In this document: positions 56,311 through 62,013 of the stretch, in pieces
Position numbering within the stretch: the stretch's first letter is position 1
Layout: the number at the start of each line of letters is the position of its first letter
IMG/VR virus record: IMGVR_UViG_3300026863_000036
Coordinates: 1-62,013 of that record
DNA length: 62,013 bases
Direction: 5' to 3' (one strand)
From: a virus
Taxonomy: Duplodnaviria; Caudoviricetes
Notes under the pieces: generated by a model
The model's database searches: none
Seen by the model: the letters and a program-made list of their open reading frames with translations, nothing else
What the model was told of the DNA's origin: nothing
Translations under genes and position numbers: made by a program

Positions 56311-57540
56311 ATGGCGAAGTCGCAAGAGGAGAGAGGGAGGCTCTCGCTCACCAGGGAGCAAATCGTCTCGATCACGGAGCACATTACCAAGACCGTAGGA
56401 GAAGAGGCATTCAAGCCTCGGAAGCGGGAGACACCGTTTCCTCCGGAGATCCGGGGCAAAGGGATCTTTCCGGCGATAGGGTTGAAGCGAGCGAACGAAT
56501 ACGCCAAGCAGCTTGACGCTTTCGCCGCACAACTGTCCGAGGACAACCGCCATGCGCTTCGTCACGTGTCTCTGCGTTTGCTGGACGACAAACCGCCTCC
56601 GGGCGGCCTCGATGGGTGCATCAAGCAGTTGTCCGTTGCTGTCGATACATATGTCGAACATCTCACCGCGACGGGACATGCGAGGCCCCAATTCTCGGCG
56701 GTGCACGTCCGGTACGACCCTGTGGCGGGCCGCGCAGATGTGCATTTGCACGGGCTGTGGCTCGTCAGCGATAGAGCGCGGGCAGCGAAATACCTCAGCA
56801 AGCGCTTCGGGGATGTGTTCATTGACAAGGAGCCCATCCGCAACCCGCGAAGTAGCGCTTTCTACGTGAGCGCCGGCATCTTCGATTATCCGGCAATTCC
56901 AATGTGGCCCGAGTGGTTGATCCTGGAGTGCTTCGATCTCTCCCGGCACCGCTTCGTTCGCCCCGCCGGAGAGTTTGCAGAGCACCGGCGCGAGGCTGGC
57001 AGGGCAGCGCCCCAGCCCGAGGCGGTGGACCGAAACGAGGCATTGCCCCCTGTCGAGACCCGCCCAAACCGCCTAGGAGCGGCGCTGGAGGACCTTAAGG
57101 AGCTTGCTGGTGTGAGGACACGACTGGACGCGGAAAGGGCCGTGGCTGGCCAAATTGGCAGGTCCAAGGATGGCGCCTTTATTGGACGCATTACAGTCAG
57201 CAGCCCAACCAGCCTTCCCGTGGGAGTCTCTTATGCAGTTCGCCCGGTATCGTCGGAATCAGGGCGACAGCTTCTGAACTCACCCACGTTAGAGGAGATC
57301 GAGCTCGTCGCAGCCTACATCTCGCGCAAACTCACTCGCTCCCTCGCGCATGATGAGGTCACCTTCTGTCGAGAGCACGGGATTACCCGGGAGAGTCTGC
57401 GGGTGGCGATCGCGATGGTCCAGGGAGCGGTTGGTGAGCTCGCGGACATCTCCAACAAGCCTCGCGATCGAGGAGACTTTCTGGTGTGGTCTCGGGCTAT
57501 GCGTGAGGAACTGGCGACGATGAAACTGAAGTGGGGTTAG
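56311..57540 (+). CDS. Putative HUH-family replication/nicking protein
   Basis: DVHLHGL (HUH) followed by AFYVS. Confidence 0.5.
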   Translation: MAKSQEERGRLSLTREQIVSITEHITKTVGEEAFKPRKRETPFPPEIRGKGIFPAIGLKRANEYAKQLDAFAAQLSEDNRHALRHVSLRLLDDKPPPGGLDGCIKQLSVAVDTYVEHLTATGHARPQFSAVHVRYDPVAGRADVHLHGLWLVSDRARAAKYLSKRFGDVFIDKEPIRNPRSSAFYVSAGIFDYPAIPMWPEWLILECFDLSRHRFVRPAGEFAEHRREAGRAAPQPEAVDRNEALPPVETRPNRLGAALEDLKELAGVRTRLDAERAVAGQIGRSKDGAFIGRITVSSPTSLPVGVSYAVRPVSSESGRQLLNSPTLEEIELVAAYISRKLTRSLAHDEVTFCREHGITRESLRVAIAMVQGAVGELADISNKPRDRGDFLVWSRAMREELATMKLKWG

Positions 57541-57644
57541 CGAGAACTGGTTGTCCCTCGTTCGAACCTCGGCATCGTCCACCAGCTGTAGGCGCGGCAT
57601 CGATCCTAGCGCATAATGGGTGCTGCCGATCCGACGCAGAGCAC

Positions 57645-58220
57645 CTAATCTCGGATCGAGCTCACCTCGCCAGTTTCGGGATTCCATGCATCCGTCTGCA
57701 TGCGGACGTTGTTGTCGAGCACTGAGGAGTATAAGGCCGTCCACTCCGCTGCGGTGATGTGCAGGAGTCTCACCTTGAGGCTCCAGTCCGACGCTACCAT
57801 GATCCCGTCTTCGATATTCTCTTCGCCAATGGCGACCATGAGTTGCGACGAGTGGATGATCTGGTTCGCGACGTCGTTTCGCCCTAGCTGCACCCACACC
57901 GGCTTTGTCAGGTCGTAGTTTGTGAATGCCCGGCCGCCGCTCGAACTGTGAAACGGCGGCCTGAAGTCGTCTTTCAGGGCCAAAAATGACCTCACGCTGA
58001 TCTTCTCGGACCTGAAGCTGTCAGTGACGAGGCGCTTCTCGTGCATCCGCCTGATGCAAAACGCGGACAGAGCCATCGCTCGCTCGAGCATGTGGTGTGG
58101 ATTATGGTCGCCGGCATAGTCGGGATCGACGATCTCTGCCAGTGATGTCAGAACCCGCTCCGCATGCAGCCTGAGCTCATTCTTCCAAGTGTACGCCTGC
58201 CAATCCGCGAACGCGATCAT
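57645..58220 (-). CDS. Hypothetical protein, possibly HEPN-like
   Basis: FCIRRMHE and ANQIIHS; downstream of the Abi gene. Confidence 0.55.
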   Translation of the reverse strand: MIAFADWQAYTWKNELRLHAERVLTSLAEIVDPDYAGDHNPHHMLERAMALSAFCIRRMHEKRLVTDSFRSEKISVRSFLALKDDFRPPFHSSSGGRAFTNYDLTKPVWVQLGRNDVANQIIHSSQLMVAIGEENIEDGIMVASDWSLKVRLLHITAAEWTALYSSVLDNNVRMQTDAWNPETGEVSSIRD

Positions 58221-58242
58221 CTCTTCAACAGCACTGCCAACA

Positions 58243-59142
58243 TCATGCGCCGGCCTTTTCCTTGAGTGGAAGAGATCGGCCCGGGAACCTGAGTTGCCAC
58301 GTCTCGATAAGGAACAGGGCGACTGCCGACGCTGAGTGGATTGCGAGCTTGGCTATGCGTGCGTCTATGCGCCTGAAACCCCGCTCCTTGCCATGCGCAC
58401 CACCCGAATGGGTGCGCAACCCTCCGACGCCTTCAACCGATGTGATCAATCCCGACAGCACCTTTCTAACGTCGTTGACGATCTCCGGCGCCAGCCCTTC
58501 CTTCATCGGATCCAGGCCCAACGGGTCACGAATGGCGCGGTACAAGCTCGAGATGTCCTGTTTGGCGGGAAGCTCAATTTCGAGTTCTATTAGGATCGAC
58601 CGGCACACGCTCTCGACGATGGCACACGCTGCGGTGGCTGCGATCTCCGGATCGCTCGCAGCGGCTCGAAGTGCTCGATCGAGATCGCGGCTGGCCGTGT
58701 CAAAATCGATGCCTGCGGCCATTGCCGACAGCTCGCTCGTAACTGGCGCTGTGTCGGCGATCTCGACGAGGCGCATCGAGCGACCAGCGTGCTCGAGCTT
58801 CAGGCCATCGAAAAACAAGTGTCCTTTGAGATACTCGACGACTGCGTTGTGCTGCTCTGGTTCATTGATGAAATCTCGCGGATCGGCAGCGCTTTCGACG
58901 ATCTTCTTCATGAGCTCGCCGGTGCCAGGATCGATGAACATCGCCGCGTGCATAGCCGTTTTTGTCGCCGCGACCCGGGACTCGGCTTTTAAGTCGAATG
59001 GAACACCGAGGCTCTTGAACCAGGCTTCGATGCGCCATCCCTGTCGGTAAAGGCCGATCGACTCGCTGATTCCATTAGCCGGACCGCCGGAGATGATCTC
59101 AACGACCGCGTCGATGGACTGCTCGGATAAGTCGATTCGCAT
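58243..59142 (-). CDS. Abortive infection family protein (Abi_C)
   Basis: ACAIVESVC, LRTHSGGAHG, AKLAIHSASAVALFLIETW. Confidence 0.85.
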   Translation of the reverse strand: MRIDLSEQSIDAVVEIISGGPANGISESIGLYRQGWRIEAWFKSLGVPFDLKAESRVAATKTAMHAAMFIDPGTGELMKKIVESAADPRDFINEPEQHNAVVEYLKGHLFFDGLKLEHAGRSMRLVEIADTAPVTSELSAMAAGIDFDTASRDLDRALRAAASDPEIAATAACAIVESVCRSILIELEIELPAKQDISSLYRAIRDPLGLDPMKEGLAPEIVNDVRKVLSGLITSVEGVGGLRTHSGGAHGKERGFRRIDARIAKLAIHSASAVALFLIETWQLRFPGRSLPLKEKAGA

Positions 59143-59174
59143 ACGCGAATACTAGCGCACGCTGCCAGTGTTGT

Positions 59175-59189
59175 GTTCAACGCTTGTTC
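59175..59189. promoter_or_regulatory. LexA (SOS) box
   Basis: GTTC-AACGCTT-GTTC 32 bp upstream of the Abi start. Confidence 0.6.
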
Positions 59190-59386
59190 GGCTGCTCCAT
59201 GCTGCTCAACAGTTCGATCGAGCGTTCAGCGAGCAGCCTGGCCAGCCTCCCTTTGGCTGGCATGATTCCCCCTGCGGGATGCCGCCGCGGATTCATGCCA
59301 GCACAGCCATGCCTCGTCGGCCTGGCAGAAGCGGCAACGAGATCGTGTAGTCTTTACCTCGGTCGTTTTGCGCAGACCTGCACTTG

Positions 59387-60202
59387 TCACCTAAACCTTG
59401 GAGTATCGCAGAGTTCTGGGTCATCGACCTCGACGACCAAATCTGTGAGGAAATTTGGGTTCCCCGCTCTCGAGCCATCGCTTCTAGTGGGCGCATAGCC
59501 ACGCGGGTTGCAGACAACCCGTGTAGACGCGTCGTCGCCCTCAACGACGTAGTCAAAGCTCTGGTGCACGTGCCCATGCACCCACAGGGTTGGCTTGTAC
59601 CTCTGGATCAAGTGCGTCAGATCGCTCGCGTAACTGCCCGCGGATTCGCGTGAAAATCCCTCAACAAGGGATCCGGGGTGGGGCGCGTGGTGCGTGACGA
59701 CGATGGTCGATCCGTCGAACTCCTGCGCTAGGTCAGCCTCAATGCCTGCGAGTTGCAGTCGATGAGCATCGAGCAAGTCGGTTGGCCGTAGCCGGCGCAT
59801 GCCGACGTCGATATTCCAGAAATCCGGATATGAGGTTTTGGCCCACCAGAGTGCTGCTGCGGAATCTCCCTCGATGGCATAGTCGGTCCACAGCGTGCCG
59901 CCGATAAACCGAACGCTAGCGATTTCGACGGGAGAGTGCGGTTCGAGCAGATGTACGCCGAGGTGCGCCAGTTCCTCGCGGCGATCGTCGAGAAGATCGT
60001 AGCCGTACCACTCGTGATTTCCTGGCACAAACACGACCGGCAAGCCGCGCCGGGCAGCGCGAAACAACCAGCGAAGAGACTGGTGCCAGCCCTCACCAAC
60101 ATCTCCGGCAACGACGAGCACGTCGGCGTCAACGGGCGTTGGCGGCAGCTCGAACGGGGCGGTGTTGACGTGCAAATCGCTCATGACCCAGATTCCGGTC
60201 AT
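59387..60202 (-). CDS. Calcineurin-like metallophosphoesterase
   Basis: SDLH, AGD, GNHE, THHAP, HGHVH. Confidence 0.9.
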   Translation of the reverse strand: MTGIWVMSDLHVNTAPFELPPTPVDADVLVVAGDVGEGWHQSLRWLFRAARRGLPVVFVPGNHEWYGYDLLDDRREELAHLGVHLLEPHSPVEIASVRFIGGTLWTDYAIEGDSAAALWWAKTSYPDFWNIDVGMRRLRPTDLLDAHRLQLAGIEADLAQEFDGSTIVVTHHAPHPGSLVEGFSRESAGSYASDLTHLIQRYKPTLWVHGHVHQSFDYVVEGDDASTRVVCNPRGYAPTRSDGSRAGNPNFLTDLVVEVDDPELCDTPRFR

Positions 60203-60242
60203 GTGACGATCCGTTGGGCATAGGAGATGAAATCGCTGTCGC

Positions 60243-60905
60243 TCACCTGTTGGGTCTCACGTGTTCATCGCAGCGGGCCGCGTACCATCCCCCGCTTTTA
60301 CGCAAGCAACCAGGCACCCCGCAAACTTCACAAACGTGCTCGCTCAACCGGTGCTCGGCGATCGTGACGATCTCCTCGACTGAGGAGTTCTCACTGCGAA
60401 GGCCGCTGTGATACAGCCTCAGTCCGCCCATTTTCTCTTTGATCTGCGTCCATGAAATGCGTGCGCCAAGCTCCTCGGTCCACGAATGGACAGCAACGAT
60501 TAAGTCGAGCCAGCCGGCGTGGACAGAGAGCTCGCAATCGAACTGACCGGGCCAGCGGGCCTGCAGTAGATCACGCCAATCCTCGGGAGCGGGATCAATG
60601 CGTTGCTCGTCGACGTTCCACCGACGCGATCGAACCTCGATGAAGCGACCGACGAGTTCGACAAGCTGCCCTCGGTCAGGATGCCAAACTGACGGGTGGT
60701 CAGGATCACGGCGACGTCCGGCCGGCACTTTAGTCATCGTCGGCCTGATCGTGCCGGCGGAAATGTCGTAGCGAATGTTGCCCAGGAGCATCCCTACGCA
60801 CTCGGTATCATCGGCCAGGACTGCGCGACAGATTGCCTCGAACTCATCCAGCAAGGGCTGGCGGCCGTAGAGGAACGCTTCCAGCGCTTTGAGGTCGTCG
60901 CTCAT
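60243..60905 (-). CDS. Hypothetical protein with C-terminal Zn finger
   Basis: QIKEKMGGLRLY...CEVCG...CDEH. Confidence 0.7.
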   Translation of the reverse strand: MSDDLKALEAFLYGRQPLLDEFEAICRAVLADDTECVGMLLGNIRYDISAGTIRPTMTKVPAGRRRDPDHPSVWHPDRGQLVELVGRFIEVRSRRWNVDEQRIDPAPEDWRDLLQARWPGQFDCELSVHAGWLDLIVAVHSWTEELGARISWTQIKEKMGGLRLYHSGLRSENSSVEEIVTIAEHRLSEHVCEVCGVPGCLRKSGGWYAARCDEHVRPNR

Positions 60906-61213
60906 TGAACGCTCTCCTCACGGCTGGGACCAAGCCTGTAATAGCGGCTGACCGTCCTCGCCCAGCCGGCGTTGATGTCGATCGCGAGTACGATCGATGT
61001 TGACGCCAGGGCGCTGTCCCCGAGTGAGGGGTGGCCGGAAATGGCCCCGAGGAGGCATGGCCCGGGCAACGTAAGTACCCAGTTCGAGATCAGCGGTGCC
61101 CCGACCAGATCGGCTTCCGTCGGGACGTAGCCGCTGGCGATCCTCGCGGCTTCGCGCAGACCCTCAATGATGCGAGCGACGTCCACTTTCACGTCATTCG
61201 ACCTGTCAGCCAT
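60902..61213 (-). CDS. DUF6634-like protein
   Basis: APLISNW...GHPSLG...WARTVSRYYRLG. Confidence 0.65.
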   Translation of the reverse strand: MADRSNDVKVDVARIIEGLREAARIASGYVPTEADLVGAPLISNWVLTLPGPCLLGAISGHPSLGDSALASTSIVLAIDINAGWARTVSRYYRLGPSREESVQ

Positions 61214-61559
61214 TGCCGCCTCCCAGCTGCTGGGTCGACCCGGCGATTGCGAGCGCAGACAGTCCGTCCAGGAGCATCATCTCCCACGGTTTTCCGCGTG
61301 AGAGCTCTCTAAGCCGAGAAAGCATCCACGGTGATGGGTTCTTGAGTGCCTCAGCCGCTGCGACGCGGACAACGGGGTCCGCAACCTGCAGGGCGATCCT
61401 TGCAAGTGCCACGCGATAGAGGGCCGTCGCGACGGTCATGTCGTCGGCGCCTGCCTGACTGAGCGGCGTGAACTCGGCTCGGTCTTCGAGCACACGTTCA
61501 AGGATTTCGGCTTGAAGATGGGAAAGGTCCGGCACGGGGCCGGACGGAGGGGCACACAT
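61206..61559 (-). CDS. Hypothetical protein
   Basis: GGAG RBS, overlap-coupled. Confidence 0.6.
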   Translation of the reverse strand: MCAPPSGPVPDLSHLQAEILERVLEDRAEFTPLSQAGADDMTVATALYRVALARIALQVADPVVRVAAAEALKNPSPWMLSRLRELSRGKPWEMMLLDGLSALAIAGSTQQLGGGNG

Positions 61560-61674
61560 CGAAGTAATCTCCGTGCGGCGTGAACGTGATTGTCCTCACC
61601 GCAGTGAATGGCCGGAACTATAGATCAGTGTGGTCGGTGTCGATAGCCGCCGTGGCGAACCAGTTAACGGGCGT

Positions 61675-62013
61675 TTACTCGATCGGCCGATCGACCACCT
61701 TCTCGTGCATGAGAGCGAGTTGGGCGCCGATGGCTTCTCGGTCAAGACCTTCGGCGATCCATTTGTCCACGAGGGTCTGCAATGTGGGCTGGACATCCAG
61801 GTTCAACAGAATGGTCTGCTGCTGGATGACGTGATTGATCGCACGGTGTGTCGGCTCAAGCTCGCCGGCGACCCAAAGCTGCGCTAGTCGGGGATTGACC
61901 TCGAGCACACGAGCGAGCCTGCGCCCTGTCGCATGGGGATAGACTAGTCGGGCAACCTCGCCGAAGTCGAAGCCCTCATAGCTCTCATCGATTTCGGTAG
62001 GTGGGAACGGCAT
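61675..62013 (-). CDS. Hypothetical HTH-like protein
   Basis: RRLARVLEVNPRLAQLW. Confidence 0.5.
   Translation of the reverse strand: MPFPPTEIDESYEGFDFGEVARLVYPHATGRRLARVLEVNPRLAQLWVAGELEPTHRAINHVIQQQTILLNLDVQPTLQTLVDKWIAEGLDREAIGAQLALMHEKVVDRPIE

Larger units (their letters stand above)
42144..62013. mobile_element. Tyrosine-integrase genomic island, right end outside the window
   Basis: tRNA fragment, adjacent integrase, accessory cargo. Confidence 0.75.

Noticed and set aside
1-62013. CRISPR array or diversity-generating retroelement
   Set aside because: No regularly spaced repeats, cas genes or reverse transcriptase seen; the ~90-bp repeat differences are not adenine-specific

Overview
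GC-rich alphaproteobacterial DNA (Rhizobiales/Devosia-like; inferred from gene content and LexA-box type). It holds three tandem mobile regions at one tRNA-Met(CAT) 3' end. (1) 1-2974: a decayed prophage-like island sharing a paralogous gene and a ~90-bp structured element with the neighbouring prophage. (2) 2975-42157: an apparently complete ~39-kb temperate P22-like podovirus prophage bounded by a 14-bp direct repeat. It carries a large serine integrase, cI/cro with operators, helicase/primase, a NusG-family regulator, terminase, portal, capsid, ejection and tail proteins, an endolysin, and many morons (Panacea TA, SLOG+PRTase, Rap1a-like, SRAP, Bro-N). (3) 42144 to past the window end: a tyrosine-integrase island with a 2061-aa REase-TPR-PIN protein, an HUH-like protein behind an 18-bp inverted repeat, an Abi_C gene pair and two metallophosphoesterases. 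Best leads: the conserved structured leader downstream of the NusG paralog, the integration-dependent C-terminal swap of the serine integrase, six LexA-type boxes (three ahead of one uncharacterised zinc-ribbon family), the convergent SLOG/PRTase pair, and the giant candidate defence protein. All family calls come from motif recognition by eye, not database searches.
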